DNA of 64,000 nucleotides, from assembly GCA_964497315.1 (NCBI GenBank), contig CAZCCH010000006.1, forward strand, positions 11,830 through 75,829. Direction: 5' to 3'. The first letter of the stretch is position 1. Every line of letters begins with the position of its first letter. The DNA is from an uncultured Planctomycetia bacterium. Lineage in GTDB: Bacteria; Omnitrophota; Gorgyraeia; Taenaricolales; CAZCCH01. Shown here piece by piece: positions 50,649-60,269 of this stretch. The notes beneath the pieces were generated by a model. That model ran no database searches. It was given only the letters and a program-made list of their open reading frames with translations, and was not told where the DNA came from. Both the position numbers and the translations under genes were made by a program.

Positions 50649-52280
50649 ATGGCATACAAGCACAAAAAGAAGGTTTACTACACTATTGTTTTCTGCATCA
50701 TATTGATTATTGCGGTTGCCTTGAGGCTGTACGGCCTGGTGGATAGAGGGATATTCTCTTCCGAAGAAGCCAGAACGGTTCTAAAGGCCAGGGTCGGTCT
50801 TTTTGTGCCGTGGTTTTTTCAAAGACACACCTCATTTACCGAATTCGCAACTTCAAGGGGCGGAGGCATTTATTGGATTATTAACAAACCGATGGATACG
50901 TTTTTATCTATACCATTTTCTTTGATGTTTGGGTTTTACGACTATAGCGTATTTTTTATGTCTTTCTTTTTTGGCATTGCTACTATTTTACTGCTTTATC
51001 GTTTTGCCAGAGAGCTCTTTGATAAAAGGATAGCGATCCTTTCGACAAGCATACTGGCTGTTTCAAGTATGCATGTATTTTACAGCAGGACTGCGTTTCC
51101 CGTATCGACCACAGCATTTTTTTCATTGCTGGGATTTTATCTATATTACAAGAGCAGGGCAACAGATTCCATCAGGCAGATTTTTCTTTCAGGGCTTTGT
51201 CTGGGTGCTGCGTTTATGTGCTATCCGGTTTTTGCATATGGCGTTGTTGCCGCTTTTTTTCTTGAGGTGGATAGGTATATTTCAAGCATTGGGCGGAACC
51301 TGAAGATGCCGAAATGGAAATACCCAGTGACATTCTTTGGTGCGCAGATTTTGATACCCTTCTTGTATGAATTCTTGTTGCGGGCTGTTAATTTTGCAAG
51401 CGGAGTCGCGAGAATGACGTTTTTAGAGAGAAATTTAGGTGCTTGGTTTTCTACTTCTACGGGAAAAGTGGGGCAGAGCGGTTTTATGTTGCCGTTGGAA
51501 TGCATATTCCATTCTGAAGGTACAATAGTCAGCCTGCTTTTGATTGTGGGCGTAGCTTATTTTGTTGTCAAATATATTCTAACTCGGGAGCAACGGTATT
51601 GCCTGCCGCTTTTTGCCTTTTTGGTACCTATGGCGCTGTTTGTCTTTGCAGCGATGAAGGGAACGGTTTATCCGCGTAACTTTAACTTTCTTTTGCCTTT
51701 TATAGCGCTTATTGCAGCAAAGGCAACCTTTGTGCTGCACGACGGATTTTTAAAATCAATGCCTCGCGGTTTACTCAATATGGCCTTTTCGGTTCTTGTG
51801 ATATTTTTACTGGGACTGGGGATTTCTAATTGCCTCCCAATGATCCAGCTTAAATCCGGATATAAAGATGCAGCCGCTTATATGAAAAAGCACGGAAACG
51901 GCAAGGTTATGGAAGATGGCATAAACGAGGTAATGAACATCTACACCGATTCTAAAACTGACTGCGTAATTCCCAAAGATGTAAAGGATTTGAAAAGGAT
52001 ATACAGGCAAAAAGGCATATATTATCTTGCTACGGGTGTTGTGCAGCCTGTGGCATACAGGTTTACGTATGGTTGTGACACGCGTTTTGAAAAGTTACTC
52101 AAAGGGCATTCTCCTGTAGCTGAGTTCGAGAACGAGATTTTTACTACTTTTATCACCATCTTTGAAACATTTAACACGCAGAAGACAGACATCAGAGATT
52201 TTTATAAAAGGATCAAGACGGATCCGCATTTCCGAAAGACGCAAAAGATCAGGATATACGATCTGCGCGGGATTTTGTAA
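50649..52280 (+). CDS. Polytopic membrane protein with C-terminal soluble domain (GT-C-like, unknown)
   Basis: About 11 hydrophobic helices in the first 400 aa, then a hydrophilic tail of about 140 aa. Shares the elevated GC of the upstream gene. Confidence 0.4.
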   Translation: MAYKHKKKVYYTIVFCIILIIAVALRLYGLVDRGIFSSEEARTVLKARVGLFVPWFFQRHTSFTEFATSRGGGIYWIINKPMDTFLSIPFSLMFGFYDYSVFFMSFFFGIATILLLYRFARELFDKRIAILSTSILAVSSMHVFYSRTAFPVSTTAFFSLLGFYLYYKSRATDSIRQIFLSGLCLGAAFMCYPVFAYGVVAAFFLEVDRYISSIGRNLKMPKWKYPVTFFGAQILIPFLYEFLLRAVNFASGVARMTFLERNLGAWFSTSTGKVGQSGFMLPLECIFHSEGTIVSLLLIVGVAYFVVKYILTREQRYCLPLFAFLVPMALFVFAAMKGTVYPRNFNFLLPFIALIAAKATFVLHDGFLKSMPRGLLNMAFSVLVIFLLGLGISNCLPMIQLKSGYKDAAAYMKKHGNGKVMEDGINEVMNIYTDSKTDCVIPKDVKDLKRIYRQKGIYYLATGVVQPVAYRFTYGCDTRFEKLLKGHSPVAEFENEIFTTFITIFETFNTQKTDIRDFYKRIKTDPHFRKTQKIRIYDLRGIL

Positions 52281-52288
52281 GGTTAATT

Positions 52289-53749
52289 ATGAAGGTGTTA
52301 TTTATCATTAACGACACAGACAAAGTAGAGCGTTTCGGTATCATGTATCTGGCAGCCATGCTTAAAAAAGGTGGCCATAACCCTAAGTTGTTGCGGACTG
52401 CCTTTAAAAGACTACCGGACATTATAGAAGAGGTTAGAAAATACAGACCATCTATTTTGTGTTACAGTGTTATGACAGGTGAGCAGGGTTATTATACTCA
52501 TCTTAATGAATCCATCAAAAAAGAATACGATGCATTTTCTTTATTTGGAGGGCCACACCCCACGTTTTTCCCAGAGATGATAGAAGGGGAGGGCGTTGAT
52601 GCAGTTTGCATAGGTGAAGGTGAATACCCGATGTTAGAATTAGCGGATACCCTAGAATCTGCTAGGTCTATAGATAATATAGAAAATCTATGGATTAAGA
52701 AAGAGGGGAAAATAATAAGGAATAGGCTTAGGCTTCTAATAAATGATTTGAATGACATACCATTTTCAGACAGGGGTTTTCTTTATGAGGGAGACTTAGA
52801 GCACGCAAGATCTTCGTATAAGATATTCTTAGCCAGCCGTGGATGTCCACACAGGTGCGCCTATTGTTTTAATCATAGCTATAATGGTCTTTATTCAGGA
52901 AAGGGGCAGGTGGTAAGACGTCGTAGCCCTGATAATATAATTTCAGAGATTGAGGAAGTAAAATGCAACTATCCACTTGAAACCGTGCATTTTGTAGATG
53001 ATGCGTTTTTGCTTACCAGGCAAGATTGGCTTAATGAGTTTACAACCAAATATAAAGAGAGAATAAACTTGCCATTTTCATGCAACTTTAGACCTAATTA
53101 TATAAATGAAGAAACCGTCAAGAAGATAAAGGATGCAGGATGCCAGTGGGGTTGGATAGGCATAGAATGCGGCAATGAACAGGTAAGTGAAGAGGTATTA
53201 AAGCGGGGTTTGAAAAACCAGCAACTCCTTGATGCATGTAATATTTTAAAGAATCATGGTATACGCCTAGCAACACAAAATTTAAATGGTTTGCCTGTAG
53301 ATAACCCGCTGAATGTTGATATGGAAACATTGCGACTTAATCTAAAGATAAAACCAGATTTTGCTTGGTCGAGTGTACTATATCCATATCCAGGTACTCA
53401 AATTGCAGAATATGCCAACTCCAATGGTTATTTTAACAATATCTACGACAGTAAGATTACCAATAATAAAAGCTTATCATTGCTAGATTGGAAAGATAAT
53501 GACACCAAGACAAAGGTTGAAAATTTACATAAGATATTTGGGGTTTTGGTTGAGTATCCTTTTCTAATACCCATTGGAAAATTTTTAATACGCTTTAAAT
53601 GCTTAAGGGGAATCTTTACATTTGTTTATTACAGCTGGTATGGATACTGTCATACCTTTAGGCTTAAAAGGCTCAAAACCTCCTTTAAAGATAAATTAAA
53701 ACTTGTAGGAGAACTTTTTAGATACCTAAAAAAGCTAAAGGTTACATAA
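52289..53749 (+). CDS. B12-binding domain radical SAM protein, paralog 7
   Basis: 'LFGGPHPTFFPE', 'SRGCPHRCAYC'. Confidence 0.8.
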   Translation: MKVLFIINDTDKVERFGIMYLAAMLKKGGHNPKLLRTAFKRLPDIIEEVRKYRPSILCYSVMTGEQGYYTHLNESIKKEYDAFSLFGGPHPTFFPEMIEGEGVDAVCIGEGEYPMLELADTLESARSIDNIENLWIKKEGKIIRNRLRLLINDLNDIPFSDRGFLYEGDLEHARSSYKIFLASRGCPHRCAYCFNHSYNGLYSGKGQVVRRRSPDNIISEIEEVKCNYPLETVHFVDDAFLLTRQDWLNEFTTKYKERINLPFSCNFRPNYINEETVKKIKDAGCQWGWIGIECGNEQVSEEVLKRGLKNQQLLDACNILKNHGIRLATQNLNGLPVDNPLNVDMETLRLNLKIKPDFAWSSVLYPYPGTQIAEYANSNGYFNNIYDSKITNNKSLSLLDWKDNDTKTKVENLHKIFGVLVEYPFLIPIGKFLIRFKCLRGIFTFVYYSWYGYCHTFRLKRLKTSFKDKLKLVGELFRYLKKLKVT

Positions 53750-53788
53750 AACTGCTGGAGCGAATATCGTCACACAAAGAGGTGAGCT

Positions 53789-54763
53789 ATGGAAAAAATA
53801 TTATTAACAGGTGGTGCAGGTTTTATAGGATCGCACATTGCCAGGAAATTAATAGAGAGGGGCTGTGAAGTTATAATCTTCGATGCCTTTGTGCAATATA
53901 TTTCCCCATTTGAAAGCAAATATCAAAAATATCTTGACCTGCGTTTTAAAGGTATTAAAGATAAAATTACCTTTATAAGAGGAGACACCAGACATAAGTC
54001 CCATATAGCGAATGTAATAAAAGAACACAGGCCAGACAGAGTTATTCATATGGCAGCGTTGCCTATAGCAGATTTGTCCTTTATTCACTATGAGGAGACA
54101 ATAAATACCATAGTATTGGGAACGACAAACCTACTTACCTGCATCAAAGATGCAGGGTTTGTGAAGCGGTTTGTCTATACATCATCAAGCATGGTATATG
54201 GTGATTTTGAATATGAACCAGCAGACGAGACTCATCCAACAAGACCCAAGGATGTTTACGGGGGAACAAAGTTGGCCGGTGAGGTACTTACAGAATCCTT
54301 TGGGCGTAGATATGGCGTTAAGTATACCATTATAAGACCATCAGCAGTCTATGGACCAGGCGATGTTAACAGACGCGTAACGCAGATATTTTTGGAAAAT
54401 GCCCTGGGAGACAAGGGGCTGGTTGTACGCGGCGGAGGAGAGAACAAGCTAGATTTTAGCTTTGTAGAAGATGTAGCAGATGGATTTGTTCGCGCAACTA
54501 TGTCTGAGAAAGGAGAAAACGAGATTTTTAACATAACCAGGGGAGAATCGAGATCACTGACGGAATATGCCAATGAATTGAAAAAGTATTTTCCCAGCCT
54601 CAAGGTTTCGTTAGAACCCATGCCTTCCCATAGGCCAAAGAGAGGGACGCTTGATATCACGAAGGCAAAGACCTTGCTTGGTTACAACCCAAGGTACAAC
54701 CTCGAGGATGGAATAAAAAGATACGTAGAATGGTTTCAGCAGATCTATCAGGACCTTAAGTAG
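53789..54763 (+). CDS. NAD-dependent epimerase/dehydratase
   Basis: '[18 protein letters not shown]', 'YGGTKLAGE' YxxxK. Confidence 0.75.
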   Translation: MEKILLTGGAGFIGSHIARKLIERGCEVIIFDAFVQYISPFESKYQKYLDLRFKGIKDKITFIRGDTRHKSHIANVIKEHRPDRVIHMAALPIADLSFIHYEETINTIVLGTTNLLTCIKDAGFVKRFVYTSSSMVYGDFEYEPADETHPTRPKDVYGGTKLAGEVLTESFGRRYGVKYTIIRPSAVYGPGDVNRRVTQIFLENALGDKGLVVRGGGENKLDFSFVEDVADGFVRATMSEKGENEIFNITRGESRSLTEYANELKKYFPSLKVSLEPMPSHRPKRGTLDITKAKTLLGYNPRYNLEDGIKRYVEWFQQIYQDLK

Positions 54764-54778
54764 GAATGGAGATGTAGT

Positions 54779-55891
54779 ATGGACAAAATACCTTTATGCA
54801 AGGTTTCTATAGCGGATAGCGAGATAAATTTAGTAACCGAAGTCTTAAAAAGCGGATGGCTGACACACGGGCCGAAGAATACCGAATTTGAAAATTCCTT
54901 TGCAGAATATATAGGGGTAAAGCATGCAATTTCTGTAAATTCCTGTACTTCTGCTTTGTTTTTGGCGTTGATTGCCAATGAAATCAAAGGAGAGGTTATA
55001 TTACCCAGCTTTACCTTTGTAGCCTCTGCCAATGCCGTTGTAACTGCTGGGGCAACTCCTGTTTTTGCAGATATTGAATATGATACATGCAATATCGACC
55101 CGGCTGACATAAAGAAAAAAATCACTGCAAACACAAAAGCGATAATGGTTGTGCACTATGCGGGGCAATGCTGTAATATGCCTGAAATCAAACAGATTGC
55201 TAAAGAATACAACCTGTTTCTAATAGAAGACTCCGCTGAGACGATAGGTGGTGAATGTAAAGGAAAAAAGAGTGGTAGCTGGGGCATGGGATGTTTTTCC
55301 TTTTTCCCTACTAAAAATATAACTACGGGTGAAGGCGGGATGTTTACTACAAATGAAGACAATTTAGCGCAAAAGGTTAGAGGTCTGATAGGCCATGGTA
55401 TATTGAAATCTACAAGCCAAAGACAGGTATTAGATAGGCCATGGTATAGAGAGGCTGCCTATGCAGGGTACAACTTCAGGATGAGTAATTTACTAGCTGC
55501 AATAGGTGTGGAACAGATGAAAAAACTTGATAGTATGAATGAAGCTAGGAGAAAAAATAGCCAGATGCTTAAAGGATTTTTATCTGATATACCTAACATT
55601 GACCTACCTGTGGAAAGACAAGATTGTAAACATGTCTACCAGATGTTTGCTATAAAGGTAAAAGGCATAAACCGAGATGAAACAGTTATAAAATTGAAGT
55701 CAAAAGGATTAGATGCCTCTGTCCATTTTGACCCCCCCGTGCATAAACAAGCTGCCTATAGGAATTACGCAACAGGACACCTAAAAATAACCGAAGATGT
55801 AGCTAGAACGACTATTACTCTACCTATGTTTCCGGACTTAACGCAAGAACAAGTCCATTTTATCGCTGAGACAGTGCGGAAATGCGTATAA
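54779..55891 (+). CDS. DegT/DnrJ/EryC1/StrS-family PLP-dependent sugar aminotransferase
   Basis: 370 aa. '...FENSFAEYIGVKHAISVNSCTSAL...' with the Lys-containing 'SFFPTKNITTGEGG' PLP site. Confidence 0.85.
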   Translation: MDKIPLCKVSIADSEINLVTEVLKSGWLTHGPKNTEFENSFAEYIGVKHAISVNSCTSALFLALIANEIKGEVILPSFTFVASANAVVTAGATPVFADIEYDTCNIDPADIKKKITANTKAIMVVHYAGQCCNMPEIKQIAKEYNLFLIEDSAETIGGECKGKKSGSWGMGCFSFFPTKNITTGEGGMFTTNEDNLAQKVRGLIGHGILKSTSQRQVLDRPWYREAAYAGYNFRMSNLLAAIGVEQMKKLDSMNEARRKNSQMLKGFLSDIPNIDLPVERQDCKHVYQMFAIKVKGINRDETVIKLKSKGLDASVHFDPPVHKQAAYRNYATGHLKITEDVARTTITLPMFPDLTQEQVHFIAETVRKCV

Positions 55892-55921
55892 GTTAGTTTT
55901 ATCCCAAGGAGGGATTTACAA

Positions 55922-56833
55922 ATGAAGAAGGTAGTTGTTTTTATACCGTGTTTTAACGAAGAAGAAACCATTGAGGAAGCTATAACCAAAACCAAGGAAA
56001 TTTACCGGGATTCTACAGCAAAAGGGTTCAAGGTGGAGATTTTAGTAGTAGATGACGGCTCGACAGATAAAACCTTGAAAAAGGCAAAGGCCCTGGGTGT
56101 AGATAAAATAGTATCTCACCCTACCAATCTAGGCCTCGGGGCTGCAACAAGGACAGGTATGCAGACTGCCTTTGAAATGGATGCCGATGTCCTTGTGAAA
56201 CTGGACGCAGATTTACAGCATGACCCAAAAGATATAGAGAATGTGGCAAAGCCCTTACTGGAAGATAAGGCAGATATTTGTTGGGGTACGCGTTTTAAAG
56301 GGGGAATGCGATATAAAATGCCCCTCGTCCGGATGTTGGGAAACCATTTTTTTACATTCCTGATGAATTGGTTAACAGACTATCAGATATCAGATGGCCA
56401 GACTGGCATGATTGCTTTTAATAGGAGATATCTAGGTATTTTTGAAATTATGGGAAATTACAATTGCCCCCAGCAGCTTTTAATAGATGCTAGCTTTAAA
56501 CACATGAGATACACAGAGGTCCCCACTGTTTTTCACCAAAGGACAACCGGGTCTTCGTTTGTAACATTTAAATATCCATTTAAGGCAATGTCTTATATAG
56601 CATGGGTATTAATTTATGCAAACCCTTTGAAAAGCTTTAGCCTCATAGGATTAACCCTTATAAGTGTTTCCCTTGCAATATTTCTAGCGTGGATTATTGC
56701 AACATCATTCAGGCTTTATGACATTACAAGCTATTTGCCTACCAATACCTGCCTTCTCTTATTTTTAAGCGGAGTACAGGCAATATTTTTTGGGTTGCTT
56801 GCAGATATGATTATGAGGAAGAGGAATAAATAA
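55922..56833 (+). CDS. GT2 polyprenyl-phosphate sugar synthase (DPM1-like) with C-terminal TM anchor
   Basis: 'VVFIPCFNEEETI...VVDDGSTDKT...DADLQHDP' followed by two C-terminal TM helices. Confidence 0.75.
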   Translation: MKKVVVFIPCFNEEETIEEAITKTKEIYRDSTAKGFKVEILVVDDGSTDKTLKKAKALGVDKIVSHPTNLGLGAATRTGMQTAFEMDADVLVKLDADLQHDPKDIENVAKPLLEDKADICWGTRFKGGMRYKMPLVRMLGNHFFTFLMNWLTDYQISDGQTGMIAFNRRYLGIFEIMGNYNCPQQLLIDASFKHMRYTEVPTVFHQRTTGSSFVTFKYPFKAMSYIAWVLIYANPLKSFSLIGLTLISVSLAIFLAWIIATSFRLYDITSYLPTNTCLLLFLSGVQAIFFGLLADMIMRKRNK

Positions 56834-58335
56834 TGGCAATAAAGCCTAAAATAGTTTTGATATATCCCCCGCTGGGTTTCGTAGGTTCCTTTGAGGTGAA
56901 CATACCCGTGAGCCTGCTCTATCTTTCTGCTGATGTGTGCAAGATGGGCATGGATGTTGAAATAATAGATTATCGCATAGAAAAAGATCCACAGGGGTTA
57001 CTGGAGAGAGCAATAGAGGATAATCCCTTGCTTGTGGGCATATCCGTAATGTCCGGATATCCGGTGAAGAAGGCGCTTGAGATAACCAGACAGATAAAGG
57101 CTAAAATGCCAAACGTTCCCATTGTCTGGGGTGGTCCTCATCCGACAGTTTTACCAGAAGATGTATTGAAATATAAAGAAGTAGATTATCTCGTGAGGGG
57201 TTGGGGTCGCAAACCCCTAGCACTTCTAACCAGGATGCTTAAGGAAGAAGATGTGGATCCTGGCAGCATACCAGGCCTGTGTTACAGAAAAGACGGAAAC
57301 ACAAAAATTACCAGCATAAATGCAGAATTTGAGCCATCGTCTTATACAGATATACCATATCAATTGATTGAGGGGCGAATAGATAAATATTACAGCAGGA
57401 TGAACGAGAAGGTCCTGCCCGTGTTTACGGCTTGGGGGTGTCCATACAACTGTAATTTCTGCATCGGACCTATATGGTACAAAGACCTGAAGACGAAATG
57501 GGTTCCCTTTGAAGTAGGCGATGTTGTCGGACACATAAGACATTTAAAACAAAGGTACAATCCTGACATGATATATTTTTTTGATGACACCATACCCTCA
57601 AAGAGACATTTTATAGATATTATAAACCGGATAAAGCAAGATGGTATACAGGTAAAGATAGGCGTTCGCGGCATGAGGGTAAACGATATACTTAAATTAT
57701 CCGGGCAAGACCTTCGGCTGCTTCGAAGCGCTGGCGTTGAGACCCTGCATGTGGGTGTTGAATCCGGTTCGCAAAGGATGCTTGATTTTATGCAAAAGGG
57801 CATTACTGTAGAGCAGTCTTTAGAGGCCAACAGGTTGCTGGCAGCTTCCTGCGATATAAGACCTTTATATAATCTACTTACAGGATTTCCCTATGAAACC
57901 ATAGAAGACCTGCACAAGACAAAAGATTTTATGCAGACCTTGGTAAAGGAGAATAAAAATTGCATCTTGATTGGCCCATCACGGTACATACCATATCCTG
58001 GCTCGGCGCTGTACGATGAAGCGCTAAAGAACGGTTTCATGCCACCTGGCGATGCTGAGGGCTGGGCTAGGCTCGATCAAGAGAATGAATTTACCATGCC
58101 CTGGTATAGCCGGGGTTACCTCTCTTATATAAAGATGCTATATATGGCAGGGTTGGTTATAGATGATAAAGAAAGGTTTTTTGGAAGGTATAGAAGGGTT
58201 TTGAGGATATCGTACAAGATTGCAAAAGCATTGTATGCACCATTTTTAAGGTTTAGATTGAGATATGACCTGCACAATTTTATGTTTGAATATAACATAA
58301 TGAGATTTCTGGCACAGACTATTGCGAGGTTTTAA
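56833..58335 (+). CDS. B12-binding domain radical SAM protein, paralog 8
   Basis: 'VWGGPHPTVLPE' and 'AWGCPYNCNFC' (a variant of the S-R-G-C-P motif). Confidence 0.75.
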   Translation: MAIKPKIVLIYPPLGFVGSFEVNIPVSLLYLSADVCKMGMDVEIIDYRIEKDPQGLLERAIEDNPLLVGISVMSGYPVKKALEITRQIKAKMPNVPIVWGGPHPTVLPEDVLKYKEVDYLVRGWGRKPLALLTRMLKEEDVDPGSIPGLCYRKDGNTKITSINAEFEPSSYTDIPYQLIEGRIDKYYSRMNEKVLPVFTAWGCPYNCNFCIGPIWYKDLKTKWVPFEVGDVVGHIRHLKQRYNPDMIYFFDDTIPSKRHFIDIINRIKQDGIQVKIGVRGMRVNDILKLSGQDLRLLRSAGVETLHVGVESGSQRMLDFMQKGITVEQSLEANRLLAASCDIRPLYNLLTGFPYETIEDLHKTKDFMQTLVKENKNCILIGPSRYIPYPGSALYDEALKNGFMPPGDAEGWARLDQENEFTMPWYSRGYLSYIKMLYMAGLVIDDKERFFGRYRRVLRISYKIAKALYAPFLRFRLRYDLHNFMFEYNIMRFLAQTIARF

Positions 58336-58343
58336 TAAGGTAT

Positions 58344-60269
58344 ATGTGTGGAATAAGCGGATTTCTATCATTCAATGGCCAAGTTAAAGAAAATGCCCTG
58401 AGGCAAATGTCAGAGGCAGTCAAGCACAGGGGTCCGGATGATGAAGGCATTTACCTGGGGAGGGCTAACCCAGAGGTTGCTATCGGTCTTGCACACAGAA
58501 GACTGAGCATCATTGACTTGTCTGAGAAGGGTCATCAGCCCATGGAGGCGGGCAATACCGTTTTAGTCTACAACGGAGAGATATATAACTACCAGCAGTT
58601 AAAAGAAGAGCTGGTAAGGGCTGGGTATGAATTTAAATCTCAAACGGATACTGAGGTTATAGCATTGGGTTACCGGCACTGGGGTGAAAGCCTATGGGGA
58701 AAACTTGAGGGTATGTTTGCCTTCGCTCTGTGGGATAAAAAGAAAAACCTGCTTTTTCTTGTCAGGGATAGCTTTGGCATAAAACCGCTTTATTATTATA
58801 AAGGCGCTGGATATTTTTTGTTTTCCTCGGAAATAAAAGGCCTGTTGGCATCCGGGATGGTGCCAAGGCAAATGAATAAGAGGACCCTGTATCACTTTTT
58901 AAGCTATTTTTATACTCCTGGGCCGGAGACTATTATTGAGGGAGTAAGGCATGTCAGACCAGGAACAAGGCTCTTAGTGGATTTAAGGGGAAACCTCCGC
59001 GAAGATAAGTTTACTTATGCTGGAGCTAACAGGATAGATACGACGGATAACTTGAGGGAAGCGGATTTTTTCAATATGCTGCGCGCAGAGACAGGCAATG
59101 CCGTTAAGTCTTCAATGGTAGCAGATGTGCCTGTTGGCTTGGTATTAAGCGGTGGCATGGATTCAAATGTTGTGCTCCATGAGATGAAAAATGCCTGCAA
59201 GGAGAGGATACAGACCTTTACAGTAGGTTTTGATGACCTGAGTTTTGATGAATCCCAGCAGGCAAGATTTGTGTCAGAGTTTTTTGCAGTAGAGAATATA
59301 CAGTCTAGGTTTAAAAAAGACGAACTACCGAAGTATTACGATGAGGTAGTATACTACCATGATTCATTAAGTGCCAACCCGGCAGCCATACCGGTGTATT
59401 TATTTTTTAAGCTGGCCTCGGACCACGTTAAGGTTGTGCTTTCAGGGACAGGTGGCGATGAATTACTGGGTGGCTATTTTACTTATATAGCCGATGTGTT
59501 TAATAGGTATTATCAGAGGCTGCCGCTTTTTTTGCGCAAGGCAATTCATGGTGCAGTTAACATGTTACCGGTCAGCCATGGTCTATACAGCTTTGATTAT
59601 CTATCTAAAAAATTTACCGAAGGCGCATTGTTTAAAAACCCGGATAAAGGGCATTACTGGTGGAGGACCATCTTTACAGATATGGAAAAGGAAGCACTCC
59701 TATCGCGTGATTTCATAAATGAACTGGGTAAAGATGACCTGGATAGCTTCTTGTTTTATGAAAGAGAGCTCAAGGATATTCCGCGGGAAGGCATTTCACT
59801 GCAGGAGAGATACATGCGTTCTGATTTTAACCTATTCCTGATAGAGAATGCTGTTAGGATGTTTGATAACCTGAGCATGGCGCATTCGATTGAATGCAGA
59901 CCTCCCTTTTTACACCAGAGGTACGTACAGTTCTGTAGGTCGGTGTCCACCAAACATAAGATTAAAGGGTTTAGCACGAAATATTGCCTAAGGGAGAGCT
60001 ATAGGGCGCATCTTCCAAAAGGTGTGTCAAAAAGACGCAAGAGAGGCCTGCTGTCTCCTTTGGCAGATGCCTTTTGCAGCAGTCTGAAGCCGTTTTTGGA
60101 AGAAAACCTTTCTGAAAAGCACTTAAAGGATATAGGATATTTTAACTATCCATACGTGAGAAAACTGATGGACGATCACTATGAAAAACGATCAGACAAT
60201 TCATTCAGGCTGAATGTGCTTTTGTCGTTTATGAGATGGCATGGTATGTTCATAAAGGGGAACAGATGA
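58344..60269 (+). CDS. Asparagine synthetase (glutamine-hydrolysing) family amidotransferase (WbpS-like)
   Basis: 'MCGISGF' Ntn catalytic Cys2. 'SGGMDSNVV' PP-loop (SGGxDS). 641 aa. Confidence 0.85.
   Translation: MCGISGFLSFNGQVKENALRQMSEAVKHRGPDDEGIYLGRANPEVAIGLAHRRLSIIDLSEKGHQPMEAGNTVLVYNGEIYNYQQLKEELVRAGYEFKSQTDTEVIALGYRHWGESLWGKLEGMFAFALWDKKKNLLFLVRDSFGIKPLYYYKGAGYFLFSSEIKGLLASGMVPRQMNKRTLYHFLSYFYTPGPETIIEGVRHVRPGTRLLVDLRGNLREDKFTYAGANRIDTTDNLREADFFNMLRAETGNAVKSSMVADVPVGLVLSGGMDSNVVLHEMKNACKERIQTFTVGFDDLSFDESQQARFVSEFFAVENIQSRFKKDELPKYYDEVVYYHDSLSANPAAIPVYLFFKLASDHVKVVLSGTGGDELLGGYFTYIADVFNRYYQRLPLFLRKAIHGAVNMLPVSHGLYSFDYLSKKFTEGALFKNPDKGHYWWRTIFTDMEKEALLSRDFINELGKDDLDSFLFYERELKDIPREGISLQERYMRSDFNLFLIENAVRMFDNLSMAHSIECRPPFLHQRYVQFCRSVSTKHKIKGFSTKYCLRESYRAHLPKGVSKRRKRGLLSPLADAFCSSLKPFLEENLSEKHLKDIGYFNYPYVRKLMDDHYEKRSDNSFRLNVLLSFMRWHGMFIKGNR

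Noticed and set aside
35024..58335. Interpretation of the radical SAM cluster as a RiPP/peptide maturation locus
   Set aside because: No candidate precursor-peptide ORF, no peptidase or ABC exporter partner, and every neighbour is a glycan-pathway enzyme. A glycan-tailoring role fits the context better.
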